Under the pieces are notes generated by a model. It searched no databases. It was not told the DNA's origin and saw only the letters and a list, made by a program, of their open reading frames with translations. From NCBI GenBank assembly GCA_002633005.1, contig NMRA01000004.1, forward strand, positions 1,245,793-1,309,792: DNA of 64,000 bases. The letters run 5' to 3'. Numbering within the stretch: the first letter of the stretch is position 1; each line of letters opens with the position of its first letter. Position numbers and translations under genes: made by a program. Shown one piece after another: positions 1 through 11,490 of this stretch. Source of the stretch: Phoronis australis. Taxonomy: Eukaryota; Animalia; Phoronida.

Positions 1-339
1 CGAGAGCTTCCCACCTTAATAGAATTTGGAGGGTTGGCAAAACCATTGTCATTTCTTTGGCCTGATTTTTTCGAATATATGTTTTATCTAGTGCACTGCA
101 GACGGAAACTCAGCGCGGCAGACAAAGTCGCTGAAAGCGGAGGTTTTGACGCTGGAGGCATTCTTAAACTTTGCAAACAAGGGAAGAAAATAAAGTTACA
201 AAAAGGTTCAAGTATTATATTTTGAAGTGAGTTCATGACCCAAGACAATAACTCGTTACCTGTATTGTAAGTCAGATTGCTAAACCACCGTCTCGGAGTC
301 CCGGCGTCGTTGCACTCATTGTGATTGTCGATCTTTTTC

Positions 340-556
340 TAAAAGTCGGGGAATCGTGCGTTTCCTTAGCACTAGGCGATTCATTCTTTAAAAGTCGGGG
401 ATGTGCGCTTAACCGAGAGGTGGGCGCTTAACTGGAAATCTTCAAAAATTGCAGGGGAGCGCTTAACCTAGCAGTGGGCAGTTAAATCGAAAATCCACTT
501 AAAGTCGAGGATGGGCGGTTAACTGAGCATGGGCGTTAACCCGAACGATTACGGTA
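340..556. mobile_element. Tc1/mariner-type MITE end with internal ~50-bp degenerate repeats; relative at 34951-35165
   Basis: Repeated aaaagtcgggg..gggcgcttaacc units ending in TTACGGTA. A similar gatgggcg..gcatggrcgttaacc..gattacg end lies at 35130-35165. Confidence 0.55.
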
Positions 557-2475
557 TTTTCCAGTATTTCATCCATAAATGTTCTAGAAGCTAGATTATT
601 CCTAGATATTCACAATTTCAATGTTTCTTGTATAATTATTGTAAAGTAAGGAATATACAACCCTGCAAAACTGCCTTTTGGGAAACCATCAATGCCTATT
701 TATTTTAGACCAACGGTGAATTTCTGTAATTTAGGTGTGTGCGTGTGTGTGTGTGCCTGTGTTTCATTTGCAAAGATCTTATTGTTTGTAAATATTAGTG
801 TATTTAGAAATAAAATGTATTTTAAAAAAAAAACGATCTAGGTGTTCATTGTTACTAAACAAATTAACAGAAGTAGTAAAGCAGAACGTGTTTTATTTAG
901 CATTTGTCGATCTCATCTATTTAAAAATGTTCGAGAATTGTCTCGGTAAGGCTAATACTGAATGTCATTGAGTCGCCGGGTGACTGGATGCGTGACAGTC
1001 TAACAGGTATTTTCCTTGAGATTCGGGGTGTAAGGGTTCGGAAATGTTCACTATAGTGGGTCATTTTGACTTTAAAACACCAGTTATGATTAATTAAATA
1101 TTTCCTCTTAAAAATGAAGCAAAATCTTTTTACGTAGTAGAAACATTCGGAAATTGGTGCCGATATTTATTTATTGCCGATGCTTTGCAACCCGTTTCAT
1201 GAATAGATAGTTCTCAAAGACTAATGTCTTCGATGACAGGTACATGTACATAGCGCCTGCTTCCTGGCCACGTGCTTTTAACACCGAACAAGTTTTTATT
1301 AGTCTTCGATTCACGGTTATAACGTGTACAAATTAAGAAATTTGGATTCCTGTTGAGGGAGAAGATCTGTACGGGAAGGATTCAACACAATCCTGTTGAA
1401 AAGTACGCTGCATCTGTTCTGAAAGGCCAGACCATAGTGTCTTCGCAAGATCAGTAAAACTTTTGCATTCTTTTTGAAGCACGGCAAAAGTTTGAAGTGT
1501 ATGGTCACGACTAAATACTGACGTAGCGGCGAGGCTCGTGGTCTACAAATTCCGCGCACAGAGATTTTTTCAGGACTGTCAAATCTTATTGATAGATTGA
1601 AGATGTTATTGTAGACTTTTAGAACTGTGTAAGGCATTTTTCACATGTCCACATTCATGAGCTGGGTGCTTATTTTAGTGAAGTCTGAAAACGCTTGGGG
1701 TTCGCTTACAGGGACATAGGCACTTATTAGGGCGAATACGGTAAGCTATATTCCTCCACTTAGGATCTAATGGACTGTTTACTAACTTGGTGATACCTAG
1801 ATACAATAGTTTCCAACAAAGATGCACACTGCCCATGTAGTGGGATCTCGTGTTGCCATAGCGCTACTAAAATGAGAGCCCTGTTTCTGTCGGAATTGCA
1901 TGGGGCAGAATAAATGGATGCACTTTTAGTATGGCCATGCTTTGAGAATATGAAACCCCATTAAACTATTTACGGGGACACAAGCCATTCTTCTTACCTC
2001 TGGGCAAGCAATCATTCTATGCATATTATTTAAGTGGGTTACTCATAATGATTATTTTGAAACTGTTGTATGTGTACAGGGTGGATGCAAGCAGCATTCT
2101 TGGTAACGCTCCAAAACCATTTCCACGCTTGCAATATCGAAAATATGAGATTTTGACCGATTAATGACGACTAAACTTTCGCTGTTTTCGGTGTGGCATC
2201 AGATGACTTGACACAAAGAAAGTACCATGCTGTGTACAATGATAATCACGATGTTGACAAGGTGTCGTTTACTGCACTGCACATTGACATCAGGTTTAAC
2301 GTTCGGTGCGTATATCAGGTTAATGTTTTGCATGTATATCAGGTGTACCAGAATAAAACAATGAACGTACTGCCAAGGTTCAACGAGCTGTGATGTTAAC
2401 AGTTATATCTGTCTTAGCACAAAATTTCTATAATGAGTATCATAGTTCATTACAACTAATTTCCGATTAGTCATT

Positions 2476-2750
2476 ATTCCGAACGACACCGGTTTTCAAA
2501 GACCTCATATCAATTTTTCTTTTGTTAATCGCCAGCCTCAGCCTTTAGTCTGATGTCATGACCCATACCCCAATTATTTCCACGCTGAACGAATACATTA
2601 ATGTGAACACGCATCAACTCAAAACCGTTGTTAACAAATAAGAACCCATTGTAGCGTTTTGGTCAATTTTTATTATATTTCTTCTGCGAAAGTCAGTTGT
2701 AAAGGCAGATGGCAAGGCAGATGGCGGTAAGTCACCACTGTCTCACAGAA
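2476..2750 (+). repeat. Dispersed repeat pair with 12194-12425
   Basis: Colinear blocks shared by both copies (ttcttttgtt, atgtgaacacgcatc, caaaacygttgtyaacaaa, agcgttttgg). Confidence 0.65.
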
Positions 2751-5700
2751 AGTTTTTCTTGAATCTTAAGATGATGGAATTGGGACTGAACAATATTTAA
2801 ATAACAGGTACGTCACTAATTGCTGACATCAGCTCAAACTGTGCATTTTGGTTGTTTAGTTCCTTCTGCAAATCTTAATTACTAACTACCTTGTCTGCAG
2901 TTTGAAAAAACATGACTACCTGAATTCATGACCGGGACCCCTCTGACAACTATGAATACATCTGTGAGTTACGAAGATTCCATGTAGTGGATTTTCAAAT
3001 GGTCAGTTTGCTCTATCATCTGTCTGCATTGATACACTAGCAGATTTCGATTAGGTGTGATATACTAAAAAGATAAAACTCACAAAAATTTGTAAAGAAT
3101 CTGTTTACTTGTATTTGAATCTTGGAAATTTTTTTGGTCACTCCGGATGTAATTGGCCTTTGTGATGATGTCGGAAGGTTGCCAGAAGTGACATAGTCCT
3201 CGTGGCAGGTGATTATCTGTCATTTTCAGTCATAATGAGCCCACAAAAATGTAGGCGAAATTGTATAATCATGACGAGGAAATGATATTTTGTCCATTTT
3301 CTTTCAGCGATACTGTAATCTGCTGCAGGTTTAGGTCCCGCCTATCACTTCTGGTGTAGCTTGTTTTCTGCATTAATTCCTCTGCGTTGTGCTCATATCA
3401 TGTAATCATTGTCATCATTATGTAATCATTACCTACCGTACGTCCCTTGGTGAATACGTACTTGGGTATACCGTAAACTCTCCCCAGTTACGGACACAAT
3501 GTTGCTGACAGCTCACATTCTTTTTTCTATTTTTTTCACTTAAAATGTCAAGCACAAAATTCATGCTTTACAATTTTCAAGTACATCGTGTGATTTCCAC
3601 CATCACACTGAATTTACAAAATCCTGGACGCTCACAACAATATGAGAAGACTTTGAAAATGAGAAAAGGTCAGTTTTGGTATTGCTGTCCAGAATTGGTT
3701 TGATTTTACAGCACCTAAAAGTTTGAATGTCACAGCAAATGGTCGGTTGCTTCAATGCACTGTAAATTTTGTTTATTTGTTAGCTTCTGCAAAACCCAAA
3801 TCTACCACGTATTATGCATAAGAGCAATTATCGAAATGTATTTGTCACGTTCCTAATAAACCCTTCTGGGATTAATGGTGCTTTCCCATAAGGGTAAGTT
3901 ACATTTACCTTTCCGACTAGACAGAGATATCGAATTTATCGCTAAGACACCAGATGATGCAGTTTATTTGTACTCTCAAAACGAATATTGAGTAGTGGGT
4001 TCGAGGCTAACCAAAAATTGTTCTGCTATTTACAAGTGTTTATGAAAATGATCAGTGTCATTTTTCGTTAGATTTGCTTTCTTTTATTTATTACATGCGT
4101 CTATTGAGAGCACGTCAGTTACGCTACAGTAACAAAGAACATGTTTTGTGAGTCTCGTGTGATCTTGAATCGTTCGCCTCTAATGGGAAAGCAGCTTTAG
4201 ACTATATGTGTAAGGTGCTCAGTGGCTTTGTCCTTATAGTCTAAAAATCTTTTCTCTGTTCAAAGCAATTTCGCATTCAAGTAGATTGCTATCATTGGGA
4301 TAATGGCCGGGTGTAATTTTGATAATTGATCCTTTTCTTTTAAATAAGTGCAGAAGTTGCTTAGCAACAAATTTCTGTACTCAATGGATTGGTCAATGTG
4401 GATTAGGCCAAAAACAATACTTGGCTCTGATTTGTACCTTGACTCATTTTGATACGTGCGCCCACCCGCATCAGTTTCAATCAAGGTCTTGAACTTTTTG
4501 AAAAGCCTCAAAATGCAATCGAGCAAAGATTTCAACGCCATAACTTGCCAAGTGAGGTAATCATGGCCACAAGAACAGACAATCTAAAGATGGGGTTTGA
4601 TTTGATTAAAAGTAAAGAAAAACGCGCATTTCTTTTGCTGATTGCATGTGGACTTTTTTAAAAAAAGTGACAATTGAGAAAATATCACAGCACCCCATCA
4701 GTTTTAAAAATCAGAATCAAAATCATCGAGTATTTTGAGGCTAGATTTGAATTGTAAATACTCTAGTTATGCCGTTTAATCCACGATGGTCTCTTTAAAG
4801 TTGCAAAACCCAAGCTCAATTCATTATTAAACGTTGGCGCAGTTTTTTTGTCCCGCATCACGACTCCCACGCCAATTGAGCTATCACCAGGAATTTGAGT
4901 GACCAATTAGAACGCAGCTTTCTTGACACACCTGTTTCCAAGCCGCCATTTTATCCGACAAACAACACGTTGGTAAGACTTATTGTTTTTTGACTTTTTG
5001 CAAGGGGGCGGAGCTTGCGATAGGTCAGTTGTCTGTCATGATGAATACACTGAGGTGAACATGTCAGTCTTGAAGTTAATGGTAAAAATGAACAAAATGA
5101 ATTCACTTGTGACAAGGCTAGATAGGATATTTATCAGGATTAGAGCATTTATCCAACAAAAGAGAGCTGACTCTACAAGTATAAATACCACAATGGAATT
5201 TAACAACCCTGTAGGATACTTGCTACACAAATCAACTGGCCAACTTGTTCCATTGCTTTGCGATCGAACAAGTTGGGGTCAACACGAGAATGCCCTAATG
5301 TTGTAATTTGAGAATGCAAGGAAATGAGACGTTGAGGACATCTCTCTGCCAAGCCGAAAACTCAAAAAACGCGGCACTTTCCAAAGAGATGGGACCTAAG
5401 GCAAAATGTGCATACTTGACTTCCTCTGTACTTGAGTTTGTGCATTCTGCTCATTAAATTGTGGCTAACAGAAAGCAGAATCCATTTGGCCAGTGACCAA
5501 TTATCCTGTACAGAAAGCTGAACACAGCCTAACAATTGGTGTGAAAGCTTTCTGATACTTTGAGTGTAATGAACCATGGGTAACGAGGTGCTGGAATCGT
5601 GGTCTGAAATTTACCAGCAGTGAGTGTAGAATGTGTACCATAGGTCTGACGATTCTTTTTGTTGTACAAAAAAGAAAAAATCAGTAATTTGAATTTTAAC

Positions 5701-6596
5701 CATGATTTACTCAAACTGTGGTCTCATAACTTAAACTTCCCCTGTCCTTCTGAACTTGGTAATGATGATTATTTCATCTGTTGTGCTCAGCACTAGTTTC
5801 TGTGAAAGCCTTCAATACCGTACACATCACATTCATGGATTTTACTGTAACTTCCACAGACATGAACTACTCCTTTATTCATTTAGCTGCATTAAATCAG
5901 TTTCATTGTAGTAAGTGCTTTATGTAATAATTTGGTTTCTCTGACCAAAGGAGAGTTCTTAACGGTTCCTTGGTCAGGAAGTTTGTCGTCGTCAATTACC
6001 AAAATAAATGAGAAGACCACACTGTTACTGTAATCATCACAGATGTGGGCTAGAGGTGTGACGGGACCTACTGGCGACTGGAAGCTGATTGGCCAGGGTG
6101 TTAGCACATCTGACCCTTGGATTGTTTTTGTGCCCACTAATATGGATTATGTAAAAATGTTGACAGCTGAATCATGCAAGTGTTACACACCATTTGTATG
6201 CATGCTGGGTGGTAGATTAATGTTGCAGTCATTTGCTTCTAGATATTACGTCACTCAGTTCACTAACTCGTCACTGATTATATGTTGTACCCACTCAGTC
6301 AGACGCTGCATTATTGAATCTAAGAAAACGATTGATGGTTTATGTAAATTTTACCGTAGGAAAAGAAACACGCAAATTTAAATTATTCACGTATTTAGTT
6401 TTTATCTTTTTTTAAGCAGTTTTACATGGTTTCTGAGGACTATTTCCTGTTAATCGTCCACCGTGAACTTTTTTCCGGTTTATTCAGTGTTCTGGCTGAG
6501 TGTGACCTGTTAGCTATTGTCTTATTCTATGCAGTTGAGCTTCCAGTATTCATTGTTATTAATTCCTATCCCTCTCCCATTTTTTTCTCTCTGTAG

Positions 6597-6945
6597 CATG
6601 GAATTGCATAAAAACGTGACCAATCCTGAACTCCCGACCGTCTCCACGCCAACATCCCTGACCATACAGCCTCCACCACCACAACCGCCGGTCGCCACGG
6701 CCACCGTTCCCATGACATCGCTGATGAAACCTGTCGCTATGCTTGGCCTAGGCCTCAACACGACCGCCAGCAGTCCTGCCACCGCTGCCGGATACCTAGA
6801 CGCTTCCATACTGCATAAACAGCTGCAAGCGCAGCTGGCTGCAGCCCAGGCAGCCGCAGCGGCAGCAAGCAAGGCTAAGGTGCCACTTATGCTGCCTAAC
6901 GGGATGAGGAAAACGCCCGACCGAGCCAAATTTGCACCGTACTAG
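6597..6945 (+). CDS. Terminal coding exon of a poly(rC)-binding protein (PCBP/mub, KH-domain)-like gene; upstream exons lie outside the window
   Basis: Strong polypyrimidine acceptor (ttttttctctctgtag, AG 6595-6596). Phase-2 entry gives (S)MELHKN...Pro/Ala/Gln-rich...NGMRKTPDRAKFAPY*. The ending resembles the PCBP4 tail (..NGSKKAERQKFSPY) and the start resembles the post-KH3 segment of mub. GC-rich coding island in AT-rich DNA. No KH domain is visible here, so the family call is from recall. Confidence 0.75.
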
Positions 6946-9900
6946 TTGTCAAGTCTGTAACAGCACTCCGCTAATCCGAACTGATACCGACATGGTTCTG
7001 TGTGTGCGTGTGTGAGTCTAGAGACACCTGTTGTTGTCCGCTTTCGTTTACGCTCTGTACTATGCCAGTTTTGTGGCGTTCTTACCGTTTTGGTGCCAGT
7101 GTTCGGCACACAGCCCCGTTCACACAGATCAATCTGACAGCATGCAATAGTAGTGGCTATGACTGTTGATAGTTCACTAAGTTATGGTCAGTAGACTGGA
7201 ACTTCCTCATTAAAAAGTGTTTGTTGGACGTTTTTGTTTGGGTTTATGTGTTTTAAAGTTACAGTTGTTTCAAAAAGTTGATGACTTTCGTGGAAACACT
7301 AAACCATTTGAAAATCAGCCAAAAAATAATGCTTCTAAAGTTCGATAAGGTGAAATATTGTCAACTTTTCTTGAAAACTGTTTGGTCAGTGTTTGTAGCC
7401 GTTTATTATAATGTCTTCTTTGCAATCTGATTGGTGAATTTCAAAGGAAGATACCGTACAAGATGAAACTTCTGGCTGCAAATATTACTGAAAACAATGC
7501 ACTAATTAACTGCCCTTATGGCAGCTATTTCATGTATTGAGACTAAAATTTGTTGTGCTGCTTTAGGCACGCTGCTGTCAAAGGCTGAAAATAGTGCATT
7601 ATATTGTCAGCAAGGACTCCTATAGTTTCTTACCAAAAAATCAAAGTTGGTTCTGGTCTGTCTTTTTTTTGAAAATTTAGATGAGCATAAATGATGATGG
7701 ACTTTTCGTTCATTGCCTGACAAGTCATGGCATTTCAAACCGTTCTCGTATCCTCTTGCCATGCTTTTCAAAAAAAAACACGAATCTGATACGGGCAGAT
7801 GTTTTTTAGTCACTCAGTGCAGGTCTCAAAATGAGTCGCGGTAAAGTGCTGAACCAAATTTGCTTTTTTGGCCTTTTTGTGTGTTTTACTTTGTGTACAT
7901 TTGACTGGGCACGGTTGCATAAAAGTTAAATAGAGGGATAGCAGCAACGACATGTCATTGTGATACATGTCGTGGAGATATTGTTGTACAATGAAATACT
8001 AAGACTCATCCAGTGTTTTATGCAACCAGCCATGATGATTGGTTAAGTACGATACTTCTCCGCTGTGATTGGTGCGTTGAGCTTTGATCAGATGACGGAA
8101 TGCTACTCAAGCATTATTGGTCATGTGCATAGACATGAAATGAGTTCTTAACCAGTGAAAGGCTCTTTTAGTTTGGCAGGACCTCTCTTGCATTCTAGAG
8201 GCATTGTAGAGCAGCAAAAGGGAACTAGGTTCTGTCCGCAGTTCTTGTTCCTGTATGTTTAGAGTTAAGCACAAATTATGGAAACTCTTCACATGTTTTG
8301 ATACAGAAATAGCAGCCAAAACTGATAGTTTTATATCTTCGAAGATGTCGCACATTGTGCGAATAAGGGAAACAACCATATGTTATTTTATGACATTTCA
8401 CAGCACAAAGAGGACATATTATTAAAGTTTCCTTTGGCCGTCATATTGTATGCTAAATGTTTGAAGAATTGCCGGGAATTTCAAAATTAAAAAACCATCA
8501 TGTTTTATTGCATGTAGAGGAAAAAAATCATAGTCAGATTCCCAAGCTGCATGTAACTAGTTGATTTTCTTAAAAGAATTACCCATTTTATTGTGTGGTA
8601 TTCTGTGTACTTTTAGTTGGGATTTTAACAACGCTTGTCTAGTCATACTTATTGATGTCAATCACACATTTGTGGCAATATCAGAAACGGCAATATCATC
8701 AGCATAATTTATTTTACAAAGGTATTTATTATCAGTTGAAATTCAGGTTTTACTCATTAAAAAATGTCAAGAATGTTCTATTTTGGAAAAGTGTTGATTG
8801 GTTCTGGTCATTTTTGCTACAGTGCGTTGTCAATTTGTCAACCACATGCCATTCCCAAATGTCTCGTTAGTCTGCTTGTTGCAGTAGCATTAATTAGTTT
8901 TAGTTAATTACTGTTCGATCACTATTGCTTTTGTCCACAAAGAGAATGCATGCTTTCTCTCTTTGATGGCTTTCACATATCTAGTTGACTCTATTCAGCA
9001 CTCTTCTTGTTTTCTGAAGTCCCAGTTATTTCCGAAAGGATGAAACGAATTGCTCGTCATCTTTACCCAAATGAATGACGTTTGCTACAAATTCTGTGTG
9101 GAAATGAAAGCTTGTTTTGTACTGGTTTCATTGAGTATTGTAATGACAGATACATATTTGAAGAAGGCTCTGCAGTCTTCCATAACTATCGTTTTTTCAA
9201 CAGTAATACTAAGCAGTGATCTATTAGTATTATTCAACTTTTTTGTTTCCTGTGGCCAAGGACTGACGTTGTGGACTAACAGGACTAGACTGGTGGGAAC
9301 TGTCTGTAATAAGGTGATCAGTGTGAGCATTGTACTTAACTTCAGTGTTACTTAAAACCACATAAAATAGTGTCGCTAAACATGTTTATGTGGACTGTAG
9401 ACTATCCAGTAGGGTGAGTTTAACATTTCTGTGTTGCTGTTGACTGCATGGAGTTAGCCTCCGCCAACTTGATGTATGTAGACTAGTTTGAAGTTGACGA
9501 TTTTGACTGTGTGACTTTAAGAAGAGTGGCGACATCTAGTGTACACTATGTAGTCGTTATGTTCTCAGAATTCGTGCCAGGTCACTGTCTAGTTGTTGTC
9601 TCACTTAATGTCAATTAGTGTAAGCATGTATGCTTTCTATATTTTAGGCTCTCAACTGAATTGTATCAACAGGGAGTCCGTTAAGAAGAGTTCTGGACTG
9701 CTTTAGCAGCAGGGATATGTATCTTACACACTTACACACTCTCAGTGGTTAATCTCTTGCTATTCATGATCGATCTTGATTGACATGTCAGTTGCTTTTG
9801 ATCTTCTGCAGTCTGTAGTTCCAGCATTAACCTCTCATACACCGTCCTCCATATGAATATGTACATCTGAAACCATCGTGGAGATATAGATCTCAAACAT

Positions 9901-11480
9901 TTTTAAATGTGATCTGCGCACCACCTGTTGACTCCTATTCATTAGGTCACATGATGTGGCCAACAGGTGGCATGCAGACCAGACTTAAAAATGTTTGCGA
10001 AATGTCTTCCATGTACTGTAATTTTGTTCAGCAAGTTGTTGCAAGCTTTTTAGCTTTAATAAAGTTGATATATATGCAGGTGTCATCTACAGTAATTCTC
10101 TGCTTATTTTGCACCCACATAATTACCAAATTTGTCATATTCTAGTGCCGATTATCTTGCTGGAAGTATTGGAAACTATGCCAAATGTTGTTTTTGACAT
10201 GTAAACATTACAAAATATGTTAGATGCAGGATAAATTTTTCTCACTATTCATTTTTGTGGAGAAATTTATCACAATAGAATTGCACTGTTTGGCCTATTG
10301 CACTGTTTGGCCTATTGTGTGCTAAAGAAGCTGAGAATTACTGTATTTGCGATGGTATTCTATAAGAAGTTGTTTTTGATCGATTCGTCAGGAGTGTTTG
10401 ACCTTCTGCATCAGTAGTAGAAGAGGTGGTTATCACTGACTCCTTGTCAAATGCTGAGGCTGTCCTTGACCATAGGTGTCTCTGTCAATATTCCTGCTGC
10501 AAAGGCAAATGTTACCCCTATTGAAGAGTTGTCATGCAAGACGACAATGCTGTTTTTCACAAGATGTCACTGTTGCTGTGATTGGGTATTAGCTTCTGTT
10601 ATTGTGATGGGTGTTTGCTACTCTACCTTTGTTATTTTGAGTTTTAAAAGAATGTTTCCCCCAAGCTGACATCTTGTGACAAATAGTACCAAAACTGGTC
10701 TCAACAAAAATGGTGCAATTTGTTTTATTAATATGTATAAAGTAATGTAGGTGTATCTTTATCTGTTCTGTATTTAGAACTTGTGTGTGTTTGTGTGAGA
10801 GTGGCTGATTAAATTTGATATAATGTTACCAGTAATAATCCACTGTTATTTAAGATGTCAATCATGTTCAAGTGTTTATCGTGGTGTGCTAATCACGTGA
10901 TACACCTACAGAGTTGATGTGCTTACACTCAGATAGTGCAGTCGTAGTTCTCGCCGTCTGTTTACTTATACATTGAACAATCCGAGAGAGAAGCAGCTGC
11001 GTGTAGTTGTGTTGTAATGAACTTGCATTCTGTTTGTGATTTTGCTCTTAACTTTGACTATGAACTTGTGATTGTTTCTGAGAGTGTCTTAAAGGGAAAC
11101 CTTAGCTAATGGGGGTTTTAGAATTAGAATCAACTTAAATACTTGCCTTCTAAGAAGTTTTCACTCAAGAAAACTTAATATAGAAGGGTCATTATTTTCC
11201 CAAGTAAATTATCGATCTACAGGTGCCTAGAAAGTGTTAAATATTATTTTTTAACCCTGTCCTGATATGATGAAACTGATCACTGTAGTCCAGTCGTCAA
11301 TGATGTTATTGAAATTTTACTATGATAGTTTCTAGTATTTTAGTGCAGAAAATTGGCTGTATATTTGCAATGCAGTGTTAATTTTGTCATTCTGTGATGA
11401 CTATATATATTTAAATGCGTCTATATATAAAGTATGATTTACTAAGATATTAACAATAAATATTTAAAAATAATGTTTGT
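6946..11480 (+). other. Probable ~4.5 kb 3' UTR of the PCBP-like gene
   Basis: T/GT-skewed, almost repeat-free stretch after the stop codon. It ends at AATAAA followed by a GT/T-rich element, after which transposon-like DNA resumes. Confidence 0.55.
7908..8031. mobile_element. Harbinger-type MITE inside the PCBP-like 3' UTR; sister copy at 19389-19531
   Basis: GGCACGGTTGCATAAAAG ... TTTTATGCAACCAGCC; both copies share an identical 21-nt left end. Confidence 0.75.
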
Positions 11481-11490
11481 TTTCCTGTGT
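11455..11490 (+). terminator. Polyadenylation signal AATAAA with downstream GU/U-rich element
   Basis: aataaa at 11455-11460, then tgtttgttttcctgtgttg about 15-30 nt downstream. Confidence 0.55.

Noticed and set aside
34-6381. Short ORFs in the first 6.4 kb and most other 60-120 aa ORFs in the track
   Set aside because: They have no recognisable motifs, many start at TTG/GTG (a bacterial-style call), and they lie in intronic or repeat DNA.
6517-6596. Hydrophobic 'signal peptide' at the start of ORF 6517-6945
   Set aside because: It is the translated polypyrimidine tract of the intron acceptor.
6522-6929. 135-aa Ala/Gly-rich minus-strand ORF
   Set aside because: Antisense shadow of the GC-rich PCBP-like exon.
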